Below are positions 41,195 to 50,985 of a stretch of 52,683 bases of DNA, in pieces. Both the position numbers and the translations under genes were made by a program. Positions within the stretch are counted from its first letter, which is position 1. Every line of letters begins with the position of its first letter. The notes below the pieces were generated by a model. It did not search any database and had not been told where the DNA came from. It worked only from the letters and a program-made list of their open reading frames with translations. Source of the DNA: Candidatus Poribacteria bacterium (GTDB lineage: Bacteria > Poribacteria > WGA-4E > UBA9662); NCBI GenBank assembly GCA_046582655.1, contig JAYGDX010000033.1:1-52683 (forward strand), read 5' to 3'.

Positions 41195-44100
41195 TTGACA
41201 ATTCCAAAAATATCGGTTCAGAATCCTGTCCTATCGAATTTGTTGATGATCCTGATTATTGTATTCGGCGTATTTGCTTGGATCAAATTGCCGAGAGACC
41301 TAGCACCAGAGATCACGATCTACTCAGCTCGAATCATAACCTTTTATCCTGGAGCTTCTCCCGAGGAAGTGGAGAAACTGATAACCGCTCCAATTGAAAG
41401 GTCCATTGAGGGTATAGATCAAATTGACTTGGTTATATCAACTTCATCGGAAGGACGGTCGGAAATCACTGTACAGTTTGAAGATATGAGTGACCGCGAA
41501 TTTGATAAGCGACTTCAAGATCTACAGACTGCAGTCGACCGAGTTCAGGATCTTCCTGAACAACTTCCTGATGATCCAGAAGTAATTGAAGTCGAGATAT
41601 CAAGTAGAATACCATTAATCACTGTTGCAATTGCGGGACAAACCGATGAAAGCGCAATGAAGAAAATAGCGGAGAATTTAAAGGATGCTATCTTATTAAT
41701 TCCCGATATTGCGGATGTCAGGTTGGTTGGTGTCCGCGACCGGCAGATCTGGGTCGAAGTTGATCCAGATCGTCTAAAGGCACATAATCTACCAATCGAC
41801 CAGATTATTGTGGCCTTAAGGGGACGAAATCTCAACTTACCAGCTGGAACACTTGAAGTCGGGTCATCGGAATTTCTTGTTCGCACCATGGGCGAATTTG
41901 GAAATCTCAATGATATCAAAGACACAATTATCAAAGTTAAGCCTGCGGGTACTCCATTGAGGATCAGTGATGTCGCCGATGTATCCCACAGATATGAAAA
42001 GCCACTCACTCTCTCAAACCTCAAAGGATTTAGATCAATAAGTCTAACTCCGCAAAAAAAGTCCAAGGGTAACACTATCAAGCTGGTCGATCAGATCCGT
42101 ACACTGACAGAGGATTTTAAAAAAAATCTTCCTAGTGGAGTGGACATTGTTCTTATGAATGACTATTCGGTTATTCTTCGGGAGAGAATTGGTATTCTGC
42201 AGAATAACGCCATTTTGGGGTTGATATTGGTGGTTATTCTGCTCTACGTTTTTATGGGGTTGCGGAACGCGATATTCGCGGCACTGGGAATTCCGGTGTC
42301 ATTCTTGGCCACATTCTGGTTTTTGAATCAAATTGGTCAAGGATTGAATGGTCCTTCACTTTTCGGCCTGATTTTAGTGATTGGTATTGTCGTTGATGAC
42401 GCAATTGTAGTTATTGAGAATACCTTCCGCCACATTCAGGAAGGCATGTCACCAAAAGACGCAGCAATACTGGGGGCCGAAGAAGTGGGATGGCCCGTTC
42501 TGACCGCAAGCTTGACTACGATCGCTGCCTTTGGTCCGTTGATGTTTATGTCAGGAACATCAGGACAATTTATGCGGATTGTCCCCATTACAGCCATTGC
42601 GGTTATCTTGGCTTCTCTAGTTGAGGTTTTTATGATTTTACCGTCCCATGTTGCCGAATGGGGGAAACGTCATGATGCATCAAATCCTCGTCAAATCTGG
42701 TTTGAACGTGTCCGCCAACGTTACATGGTAGTTCTTAGGAAAACTTTACGCTGGCGATATTTTATCGTTATTAGCGTCGTTTTATTTGCTGTGATAGTTT
42801 CTTGGACAGCTTTTCTCCTGCTTGACAAAGAGTTATTTCCCGGCGAAGACTTCCCACAGTTTACACTCAAGGTTGAAATGCCGATCTCTTTTGGAATCAA
42901 AGAAACATCGGAAGCAATGAAGAAAATTGAGCAACAAGTAATCAGCCCACCAGGCAACGAAGAGATCATTGCGGTGATAACGAATGTTGGATTGCATACG
43001 CCAACCACAGTGATGCAATCAAGCAGTATGCGATCCAACATTGCTGAACTCACGGTGGAATTGGTGCCTAAATATGATTCGCGTCGGAAACGCACAACCG
43101 ACCAAATTATTGACAATTTACGCGAACGGTTAAAGGATTTTAGTGGGCCGGGGAACATCCTTTTCACCAAGATGGAAGGAGGGCCTCCTCAAGGGAAAGA
43201 TGTCGAAGTTAAAATCAAGGGAAAACGTTTTGAAACACTGAGGGAAATCGCCTCACTGCTTAAATCCAAGCTGAGACAGATTGATGGCGTGAGTGAAATC
43301 CAAGATGATTTTCGACTTGGAAAACCAGAGATACGTATTAGAGTTAAGCAAGAAAAAGCATACCAATATGGGCTGAGTGTTTTCCAGATTGCTCATAGTG
43401 TTCGTAACGCCTTGGAAGGAAATACTTGTACCACCTACCGAGATGCGGATGAAGCCATCGATGTCATAGTCAAATATAATACCAAATCGTTAAAAACAGT
43501 TAAGGAACTGTCTAACTTATTAATAACCACTCCCATGGGTGTGGTCATACCACTTAGAGATGTAGCTGAGATAAACGAAGAAAACGGTTATGCTGAAATT
43601 CATCGATTCGAAAATAAACGCTCAATTACTGTCTCCGCGACAGTCGACAAAGAGCAAATAAGTGCGTTTGATGTTAACCAAAAACTGATCCAGGAGTTTA
43701 GCGATATCGAACCACTGTACCCTGGCTATCAGCTTGACTTCCGCGGCATCTTTGATCAGATTCAAGAATCGTTCCGAGAACTTATCAAACTTTTTATGGT
43801 TGGCTTTTTGTTGATGTATGCCATTTTGGGAACCCAATTCAAGTCTTTTCTCCAGCCTTTTATTATCATGTTCGCTGTGCCTTTTGGAGTGATTGGTGCC
43901 ATGGTTGGATTGCTATGCATCGGTGCGGCACTGAGCATAATTGCTATGTTTGGAATTGTAGCCCTGTCTGGTATTGTGGTTAATGACGCTATTGTTTTGA
44001 TTGACTTCATCAACAAAAGGAGATCAGAAAACAGGGATGTTACGGAAGCAATTATAATCGGCAGTGGTTTGCGTTTACGTCCAATTATCCTGACAAGCGT

Positions 44101-44287
44101 GACAACAATTTCGGGACTTGTTCCAATGGCAATCGGTTTAGGTGGGAAATCACCGATTTGGGTGCCATTGGCATATATTATAATTTTTGGATTGTTCTTC
44201 TCGACGCTCATGACGCTGTTTGTAATGCCGAATCTTTACGCCATCACCGATGATATCGGCAATTTTTTCAGACGGTTCCGCCAGTAA
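41195..44287 (+). CDS. RND efflux transporter permease (AcrB/AcrD/AcrF family)
   Basis: YPGASPEEVE, GIVVDDAIVVIEN, GIVVNDAIVL, RLRPIILT; 1030 aa. Confidence 0.95.
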   Translation: MTIPKISVQNPVLSNLLMILIIVFGVFAWIKLPRDLAPEITIYSARIITFYPGASPEEVEKLITAPIERSIEGIDQIDLVISTSSEGRSEITVQFEDMSDREFDKRLQDLQTAVDRVQDLPEQLPDDPEVIEVEISSRIPLITVAIAGQTDESAMKKIAENLKDAILLIPDIADVRLVGVRDRQIWVEVDPDRLKAHNLPIDQIIVALRGRNLNLPAGTLEVGSSEFLVRTMGEFGNLNDIKDTIIKVKPAGTPLRISDVADVSHRYEKPLTLSNLKGFRSISLTPQKKSKGNTIKLVDQIRTLTEDFKKNLPSGVDIVLMNDYSVILRERIGILQNNAILGLILVVILLYVFMGLRNAIFAALGIPVSFLATFWFLNQIGQGLNGPSLFGLILVIGIVVDDAIVVIENTFRHIQEGMSPKDAAILGAEEVGWPVLTASLTTIAAFGPLMFMSGTSGQFMRIVPITAIAVILASLVEVFMILPSHVAEWGKRHDASNPRQIWFERVRQRYMVVLRKTLRWRYFIVISVVLFAVIVSWTAFLLLDKELFPGEDFPQFTLKVEMPISFGIKETSEAMKKIEQQVISPPGNEEIIAVITNVGLHTPTTVMQSSSMRSNIAELTVELVPKYDSRRKRTTDQIIDNLRERLKDFSGPGNILFTKMEGGPPQGKDVEVKIKGKRFETLREIASLLKSKLRQIDGVSEIQDDFRLGKPEIRIRVKQEKAYQYGLSVFQIAHSVRNALEGNTCTTYRDADEAIDVIVKYNTKSLKTVKELSNLLITTPMGVVIPLRDVAEINEENGYAEIHRFENKRSITVSATVDKEQISAFDVNQKLIQEFSDIEPLYPGYQLDFRGIFDQIQESFRELIKLFMVGFLLMYAILGTQFKSFLQPFIIMFAVPFGVIGAMVGLLCIGAALSIIAMFGIVALSGIVVNDAIVLIDFINKRRSENRDVTEAIIIGSGLRLRPIILTSVTTISGLVPMAIGLGGKSPIWVPLAYIIIFGLFFSTLMTLFVMPNLYAITDDIGNFFRRFRQ

Positions 44288-44522
44288 TATCCAATGGGAT
44301 CAAGCAACTGAGGTTCAAATATTTCTCTCTCCTGTCAGTGCTTTTTGGTTTCAGCTCAGGCTTTTTGTCCAGAAGATAGCTAACACGGAACCAAGAAGAG
44401 GATTGGGATGTATCAAAGCTGTCGATCTAGTTTGGTTGACCTATTTTACTGTTAGGTGTAGGTCTTCCAATGCAGACAAATGTGCTAGGAGACACCGCCT
44501 CATTTCGATTAGAAAGTCCTAG

Positions 44523-45377
44523 ATGATACATTCCGCCAAACCACAAAAATTACCCGAAAATATCCGAATAGATAGAGACCTGGTTTATGCTCGGACAGAT
44601 AAACATCAACTTAGGTTGGATCTGTATTGGCATCCAGAGGCCACAAGACCGATGCCGTTGATTATTTGGGTGCATGGTGGCGCTTGGCGGAATGGCACTA
44701 AAGATGTACCTAGTTGGGTCACCTCCTTCTGTCAGGGAGGGTACGCGGTAGCCAGTGTCGAATACCGTTTAAGCTATCAGGCAATTTTTCCAGCCCAGAT
44801 TGAGGATTGTAAATCAGCAGTAAGATGGCTAAGGGCAAACGCTGAATACTATCGAATCGACCCAGACCGATTTGGTGCTTGGGGAAGTTCAGCTGGCGGT
44901 CACTTGGTCGCGCTACTGGGTACATCTGGGTTGATAGACTTATGGGAGGTCGGAGATCATCTCCATCAGACGAGTTGTGTACAGGCAGTTTGCGACTGGT
45001 TTGGACCAACCGATTTTTTGCGTATGAACGATGTTGCTGGGGAAATCGATCATGATGCACCCGACTCCCCAGAGTCACAATTAATCGGCGGTTTAATTCA
45101 GAGAAATAAGGGAAAAGTTGCCAAAGCCAATCCAATTACCTATGTTTCTTTGGCTGCTCCACCGTTCCTGATTATCCACGGCAAGTTAGATATGACGGTA
45201 ATCAAAAACCAGAGTGAGTTGCTGCACCAAGCCTTGCAGAAGAAAGGAAATCCCTCAAAATTAATCCTTATTGACGATATGGCTCATGGTTTCTGGGGAG
45301 TTGGTGTCAACCTCCGTCAGGATATTCTTCATCATGTCTGGTCTTTCTTTGATCAACATCTTAAAAAATGTACATAA
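44523..45377 (+). CDS. Alpha/beta hydrolase (esterase/lipase, BD-FAE-like)
   Basis: HGGAW, GSSAGG, HGKLD and MAHG triad motifs. Confidence 0.92.
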   Translation: MIHSAKPQKLPENIRIDRDLVYARTDKHQLRLDLYWHPEATRPMPLIIWVHGGAWRNGTKDVPSWVTSFCQGGYAVASVEYRLSYQAIFPAQIEDCKSAVRWLRANAEYYRIDPDRFGAWGSSAGGHLVALLGTSGLIDLWEVGDHLHQTSCVQAVCDWFGPTDFLRMNDVAGEIDHDAPDSPESQLIGGLIQRNKGKVAKANPITYVSLAAPPFLIIHGKLDMTVIKNQSELLHQALQKKGNPSKLILIDDMAHGFWGVGVNLRQDILHHVWSFFDQHLKKCT

Positions 45378-45443
45378 TGGATAGAACGGATATGTTAGAA
45401 TACGGGCTTTGCGTTGAAAAACGAGGAATGTAAGGTGTTCAAA

Positions 45444-46853
45444 ATGCAGTTTTCTCGATTTATATTTATTTTAATCGATGGAGCACCATATAATGTCTTC
45501 CATGAATTGATTGAAAACGATGAACTTCCTAATATAAAGAAATATATTATTAATCAAGGATGCCTCAAAAAGGCTGTTTCTGTTTTTCCTTCCACTACAG
45601 GCCCCGCTTTTATCCCATTTTTTATGGGACTTTTTCCAGGTACGGCTAATGTCCCAGGATATCGTTGGTTATCAAAGAAAGACATTCTTCGACACAAGTA
45701 TGGCAGACCTGGATTATGTAGCTATCAGGGAGCTGACGGACTTAATTTTTTAGTTGATTTACCCGATCAGCCGACTCTATTTAACTACTTTTCGCCAGTT
45801 AGCAATATATATAATTTATTGACTAAAGGATGTTCTCCTGTGGATGATAGGACGCGTCGAACAAAACCGTTGGCCTATGCGGTCGCACATTTTTTTCATA
45901 AGGTATGGCAACACGTTACTGCCGTGGCATCTCAGGAATTAATTAAAGCAGTCGAGTCGGGAGACCAGTTCATTTCGTGTCTTTTCTCTGCAGTAGATGG
46001 TCATTCACATTTCTCGCACATCAGGTCGACCGCAGTGATCAAAAGCTATAAATCTATTGATCAAACGATTGGAAAAATGTGTCAAAGCTTGTATAAGTCG
46101 AGTGATCTAGACAAGACAATGATTTTAATTTCCAGTGATCACGGTATGACGAACACAGGGACGCATATAGATGTCGCTCGCTGCTTGGACCGGTCCGGTC
46201 AACGGTGTTTACACTATCCGTTGATTTGGAGACGAAATGTGAAATCAGCAAGTATGGTTTCTGGAAATGGTATGGCGAACCTTTATTTTAAAATTGATGC
46301 GACTGATTGGGGAGAACGCATGCCCTTTGAGGAAATAGATCGGAGAGGAATTATTGAATTTCTACTTGAGATTGAAGGGCTTGGGTTGGTTGCCGGACAA
46401 AGTGAAGATGGAAGCATCATTGTTCAGAACAGGTCAGGAAAAGGCCAAATCTCTTATGTCAACGGAACTATATCTTATAAGTTTGATCAAGTTGATCCCT
46501 TGCGATATAACACTTTCCACCAAAATCTCTCCTCACGGGAAGCACTAATTGAAACCTATGATTCAAAATATCCGGATGGATTGGTTCAACTTTTACAGAT
46601 ATTTAGAAGTCATCGTACAGGAGATTTGGTTTTGAGTGCGGAATCAGGCTATGATTTGCGGGCACGTTATGAATATCCTGAACACCGTGCGACACATGGT
46701 GGACTGATCGCGGAGCAAATGTTGATACCGCTTGCCGTTAACTTCCCGATAGAAACCGAGTTTATTAGGTCTGTTGACATCTTTCCCACGGTCTTGGATC
46801 AGTTTGGTCACAAAATCGAAGGTTTTGAAATCGATGGTCAAATTGTCAAATAA
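45444..46853 (+). CDS. Alkaline phosphatase superfamily protein (nucleotide pyrophosphatase/phosphodiesterase-like)
   Basis: LIDG, FPSTT, DGHSH, SDHG, HGG metal ligands; AAGGTG RBS before ATG 45444. Confidence 0.85.
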   Translation: MQFSRFIFILIDGAPYNVFHELIENDELPNIKKYIINQGCLKKAVSVFPSTTGPAFIPFFMGLFPGTANVPGYRWLSKKDILRHKYGRPGLCSYQGADGLNFLVDLPDQPTLFNYFSPVSNIYNLLTKGCSPVDDRTRRTKPLAYAVAHFFHKVWQHVTAVASQELIKAVESGDQFISCLFSAVDGHSHFSHIRSTAVIKSYKSIDQTIGKMCQSLYKSSDLDKTMILISSDHGMTNTGTHIDVARCLDRSGQRCLHYPLIWRRNVKSASMVSGNGMANLYFKIDATDWGERMPFEEIDRRGIIEFLLEIEGLGLVAGQSEDGSIIVQNRSGKGQISYVNGTISYKFDQVDPLRYNTFHQNLSSREALIETYDSKYPDGLVQLLQIFRSHRTGDLVLSAESGYDLRARYEYPEHRATHGGLIAEQMLIPLAVNFPIETEFIRSVDIFPTVLDQFGHKIEGFEIDGQIVK

Positions 46854-46875
46854 TAACTAAATATAGGAAAGACTC

Positions 46876-47904
46876 ATAGTCCAAATCCATCAAGATTCTC
46901 TGGTTGTCGACTCGCACAATGACTTGATTGTGGCCCATATCCGACGTGGGAATCAGAGTATCTCAGATAATCCAAAATTAGGTAGAATCTGTCATTCCGG
47001 AACTGTCAGTTTTCTGCGTGGCTCGTTGAGCGAAGATCAGAGGAAACGGGAAGTTCAAGCCAATTTGTCCAAAGTTCGAGCTGGGGGAATTAATGCGATT
47101 TTCTGTGCAGTTGATGTAACAACGGCATGGAAAAATCATTTGGCATATGCCCTTGACGCATTCGGTTACTTTCGGGCGGAAATTGAAGATAACAGCCATC
47201 AGGTAACCATCGTTAAATCCGCCGATGATATCCGGCAAGCTAAGGAAGATGGTAAAGTTGCGGTTGTCTTGGTGGTTGAGAATAGCGAAGCTATTGAGCG
47301 AAGTCTCAATATATTAGCAGTGCTTCATGAGATTGGTGTTCGTTCCATCGGGTTAACGCATAACCTTAACACATGGGCGGCAGCTGGTGTGTATGAATCA
47401 GGTAGCGGTGGCGCCCTAACTCAATTTGGGGTTCAACTTGTTAAGGAGATGAATCGTTTGGGAATGCTTGTTGATGTTTCACATGTTAGTGAGGCAGGTT
47501 TTTGGAGTGTACTGGATGTTTCCGAACGTCCTATCATCGGCTCACACAGCAACTGTAAAGCTATTTGTAATCATGTACGTAATTTGACTGACGAACAAAT
47601 AAAACATATCGCTCAAAACCGAGGATCTATTGGGGTAACGTTTGTTGAATCTTTTATTGAACAGGATAAACCACGCCAGACGCTAGATCGGTTGATTGAT
47701 CACATCGATCATATTATCAATCTAGTTGGTATAGACTATGTCGGAATTGGATCGGATTTTGATGGTGGAGGAGACTTGCTAACCGATGCCACCGAGTATC
47801 CTAAAATTACGGAGAAATTAATCGAACGTGGATACTCCGATACAGATATCGAAAAAATTCTTGGAGAAAACCATCTACGTGTCTTTAAGGCAGCATGTGG
47901 TTAA
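46876..47904 (+). CDS. Membrane dipeptidase (peptidase M19) family protein with non-canonical start
   Basis: VVDSHND lies in frame upstream of the annotated TTG 46924; LTHN, DVSH, SHSN, RNLTD, GSDFDG motifs; best-placed start is ATA 46876 after AGGAAA. Confidence 0.85.
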   Translation: MVQIHQDSLVVDSHNDLIVAHIRRGNQSISDNPKLGRICHSGTVSFLRGSLSEDQRKREVQANLSKVRAGGINAIFCAVDVTTAWKNHLAYALDAFGYFRAEIEDNSHQVTIVKSADDIRQAKEDGKVAVVLVVENSEAIERSLNILAVLHEIGVRSIGLTHNLNTWAAAGVYESGSGGALTQFGVQLVKEMNRLGMLVDVSHVSEAGFWSVLDVSERPIIGSHSNCKAICNHVRNLTDEQIKHIAQNRGSIGVTFVESFIEQDKPRQTLDRLIDHIDHIINLVGIDYVGIGSDFDGGGDLLTDATEYPKITEKLIERGYSDTDIEKILGENHLRVFKAACG

Positions 47905-47930
47905 ACTCACAGTTGTGAATACTTTATTCT

Positions 47931-48932
47931 TTATTTCAACTCTAAATTGACTGCCTGTTTAACTCTCTCTAAATTGACTTCCGTTCTTTGACTGGGAAAC
48001 TCATATGGTATAATCCACCACTCCTCGGTGAAGGACGCTGATTGTCCAGGAAGGATCGTTTCCATCGGACCGATTGGTTCAAGCTCACACACTTTGTCCT
48101 TATAATACCATATTGAGATAGTTAAGGCTGCCATTTCATTGTAAACTCGATTCGGGTATGTCGGGTAGCGCTTGATAAACATCAAGTCGTTTTTCATCAA
48201 ATAGCAGAACCAACCCGTATACGCGTCCATTCCCAATTTCGGCCGCTTTGGAGTCCCAATTATTTCCAGCATCCCGTCTCGAATCCTAATGTTTGGATCT
48301 TCTGGTCGATAGTTCATGACCGGACCTGGTCCATACATAATATATTTTTCGGGGAAACGGCTGTTCTGCGTCAACGGAATCAAGCAAATCCCTTCCCCTA
48401 CGGCAAACGTTCTTCCCCAGTGGCAAAATGTTTTTGTTTCGTTTGACACATTTTTAATGATTTGCTTGCAGATCAGACGTGAAGATAACTTGTCTAGTTG
48501 AAACTCTCGGGTCAGTTGCGTTCCGGTGACTTCGTCCTCGGTGCTGATGAGACGGGCACTATGAGAGTCAATAATTTCAGCTGTCCACTTCCCCAACCAC
48601 AACTTTGGATGTTTAGGAATGATACTTTCAGGACCGATGTCAAATCTCCCTCCGCTAGGGTCAATTATGGGTTTATCGGCATGGTACACCCAACCATCAT
48701 GTGCGGGATCAAGGTAAATAGTGTTTTGGCCTTTCCATGAGTATTCCAAAATGCGGCCGCCACAGTGGGGACCAAGTATCACCCGTGTATTCTTATTTTC
48801 CAGCTTAATGCAGTTTGAATAACCAATATAATCAATAAAATTTGTATTCGCTTTTTCATTTTTGGTATATGCGTTCTTGTTTAGAAATACCGACATCAAA
48901 AACAATACAAAGTGGGCGCAGGTTTTCTTCAA
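47931..48932 (-). CDS. Exported hypothetical protein, galactose mutarotase-like (DUF4380-like)
   Basis: Signal peptide; GGRILEY, CELEPIGP, PGQSASFTEEW; AAAGGA RBS. Confidence 0.65.
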   Translation of the reverse strand: MKKTCAHFVLFLMSVFLNKNAYTKNEKANTNFIDYIGYSNCIKLENKNTRVILGPHCGGRILEYSWKGQNTIYLDPAHDGWVYHADKPIIDPSGGRFDIGPESIIPKHPKLWLGKWTAEIIDSHSARLISTEDEVTGTQLTREFQLDKLSSRLICKQIIKNVSNETKTFCHWGRTFAVGEGICLIPLTQNSRFPEKYIMYGPGPVMNYRPEDPNIRIRDGMLEIIGTPKRPKLGMDAYTGWFCYLMKNDLMFIKRYPTYPNRVYNEMAALTISIWYYKDKVCELEPIGPMETILPGQSASFTEEWWIIPYEFPSQRTEVNLERVKQAVNLELK

Positions 48933-48955
48933 TTCTATTTCCTTTCTATAACACG

Positions 48956-49293
48956 TAGGAGTTATGCAGTTACAGATAATTAGTAAAGATGCTAAGTATC
49001 TGTTTGCTAACTAATTCCATTTTGTTAGCATAAGGTTTGTCTGGCGTTGTGTCATCTAGGGCCAAACCCCTTTTCTGTCGATCGACATGGGGTCGCGCCT
49101 CATGCCACAATCTTTCTGGCTTAAGTTCTAGGCGGAGCAGCAGGTGATTTTAAGCATCATGGGCACAGGAACTGTTGGGTTGTACTCTTTCAGCTCCAGA
49201 CAGCTATAACTCTTTTGGCTAGCAATTAGAAAATTGATAGAGTCGTATGGGTTGCATTTGAGAAAGCTCAGTAACTGTAGGAAATGTGTCCTG
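48956..49293 (-). mobile_element. Degenerate, internally deleted IS701-family-like element
   Basis: Minus strand reads KCNPYDSINFLIASQKSYSCLE, frameshift, AERVQP...AHDA*..LL.RLE.KPERLWHEARPHV...LALDDTTPDKPYANKMELV; both ends share AGGA...CAGTTAC. Confidence 0.72.
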
Positions 49294-49428
49294 AACTCCG
49301 GTCGGTCATTCAGGAATTGCCCTTGGGCTGATTTTGTTAACTATAATTCGAGCTAACTTACAGCTTTAATTGCTTTTTTGTTCTGTAGCGAAATGGAGAT
49401 GCTGGGTGAACCTAACTGGTTGTTTAAG

Positions 49429-50043
49429 CTAAATGACTCTTGCACCTCTAAATTTTTGTGCTAACTGATAATCTTTGAATGTGTTGAGGTTAAGAAAAGC
49501 GTACCCAGTGGGATCAAGCGGTTGCCATACTTCTGGAGAGATCTGATGTACTTTTATTTGGTTGAAAAGCCGAAAAACACTCAACTCTCCTTGAGAAATG
49601 GCATACTTGATAGCTGGTAGACATGACTGATTGTAGATTGCACACAGGGGTTCCAACCCGTAATCGGATCTAGGGACTACCACATCGGAATTATCCATGA
49701 CCTTAGTCATTTCCCATAAAATCTTTAAGTTCAAAAATGGCAAGTCACAAGCTACAACTAAGACATGGCTATTTTCTGCCAATGTCAGTGCTGTTAAAAT
49801 GGCACCAATCGGACCGAGTCCAAGTTGCAAATCTCTAACAGCTTTGGCTTGAAATCCTGCATATAACTCAGGGTGATTTGTCACAATTAATAAATCATGG
49901 GTTATTTTACGCAAAGTTGTGATTGTGTGTGATATTATCGGCTCCTCATCAATCAGCAGAAAGGCTTTATTTGTACCCATACGCTGACTTTTCCCACCTG
50001 CCAGTATGGCTGCTGTTATCTTTTGATTATTTCCCACTGTCAT
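49429..50043 (-). CDS. mobA: Molybdenum cofactor guanylyltransferase
   Basis: ILAGGKSQRMGTNKA, GPIGAI, ACDLPF, EPLCAIY, NLNT. Confidence 0.93.
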   Translation of the reverse strand: MTVGNNQKITAAILAGGKSQRMGTNKAFLLIDEEPIISHTITTLRKITHDLLIVTNHPELYAGFQAKAVRDLQLGLGPIGAILTALTLAENSHVLVVACDLPFLNLKILWEMTKVMDNSDVVVPRSDYGLEPLCAIYNQSCLPAIKYAISQGELSVFRLFNQIKVHQISPEVWQPLDPTGYAFLNLNTFKDYQLAQKFRGARVI

Positions 50044-50072
50044 CTGGCATTTTAATTAAGGATTCCTATTAT

Positions 50073-50249
50073 TTATACACTTTTTAATTTCCGATACAAA
50101 AACAATACCAAGGTGCCGATGGCAAATAAGGCAACAATCATTGTAAAAGTTTTGATAACACTTATAAAGACTGAGAACACAATCTTCACTATCATCAGAA
50201 CTAGAAGAACAATCAATACCAGAAAAAGTAATTTCTTTGCAATATCCAT
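50073..50249 (-). CDS. Small membrane protein (58 aa), absent from the ORF track
   Basis: MDIAKKLLFLVLIVLLVLMIVKIVFSVFISVIKTFTMIVALFAIGTLVLFLYRKLKSV; two hydrophobic helices with basic ends; fills the gap between co-oriented genes. Confidence 0.65.
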   Translation of the reverse strand: MDIAKKLLFLVLIVLLVLMIVKIVFSVFISVIKTFTMIVALFAIGTLVLFLYRKLKSV

Positions 50250-50309
50250 ATTCTGAATGTATTCACACCTAGTAGTTCAAAGATACGATTTTGGAATGCT
50301 TGAGTCCAG

Positions 50310-50798
50310 TTACACTTCATATTCTGCAAGAGTATCTTCATCTAAGTCTGCCAAAGTATTGGATTGTTGTTTCTGCTCGGATTCTTTAAGTTCTTCCTCC
50401 GAAAAACCACTTTGTTCAATCAACTCCTCAGTAACGTATATTGGGACGTCAAACCGCAAGGAAAGCGCAATTGCATCACTTGGGCGGGCATCGACTTTCA
50501 GTACTTCTTTGTTAACCTGAAGGTGTATTTCTGCCAAAAATGTTTCTTCTTTTATTGAATGGACATGAATTGATTCAACTTTTGCCGATAGTGTTTCAAT
50601 AATATTTTTAAGCAAATCATGTGTCATTGGACGCGGAGGTTCTTCATTTTTCAGCTTAAGCTGAATTGCCAACGCTTCAGCTTGACCAATCCAAATTGGT
50701 AACATGCGCCGCGGATCACCGTCAGTCTCGCGAAGGAACACAATTGGTGTCCCGATATTCGCATCAACAGAAATAAATGCAACTTCAACTTGTATCAT
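50310..50798 (-). CDS. Bifunctional nuclease family protein (DUF151)
   Basis: LPIWIG..EA.AI, RPMTHDL, DARPSDAIAL. Confidence 0.93.
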   Translation of the reverse strand: MIQVEVAFISVDANIGTPIVFLRETDGDPRRMLPIWIGQAEALAIQLKLKNEEPPRPMTHDLLKNIIETLSAKVESIHVHSIKEETFLAEIHLQVNKEVLKVDARPSDAIALSLRFDVPIYVTEELIEQSGFSEEELKESEQKQQSNTLADLDEDTLAEYEV

Positions 50799-50985
50799 TT
50801 TTTATGTATTCCTTTTTGAGTAGGATTAAGATTTTTTTTAAAACCCGTTTGAATATTCATACTGTGAGTTTTTACTTGTTCAAATTATAGATTTAATTTT
50901 CTCCCAGTCCAACAGAATTCGCATGAATTATTGATTGATTTTACAACGCAGGAAGACGGTGGCAAATCGTGGTTTGGACCAATTG

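Noticed and set aside
41545..44211. Long antisense ORFs (also 6974-7528, 9178-9564, 33396-33797)
   Set aside because: They shadow well-supported genes on the opposite strand and have no motifs.
44250..44522. 90-aa ORF between the RND pump and the esterase
   Set aside because: Overlaps the RND stop, has no RBS or motif and unusual composition.
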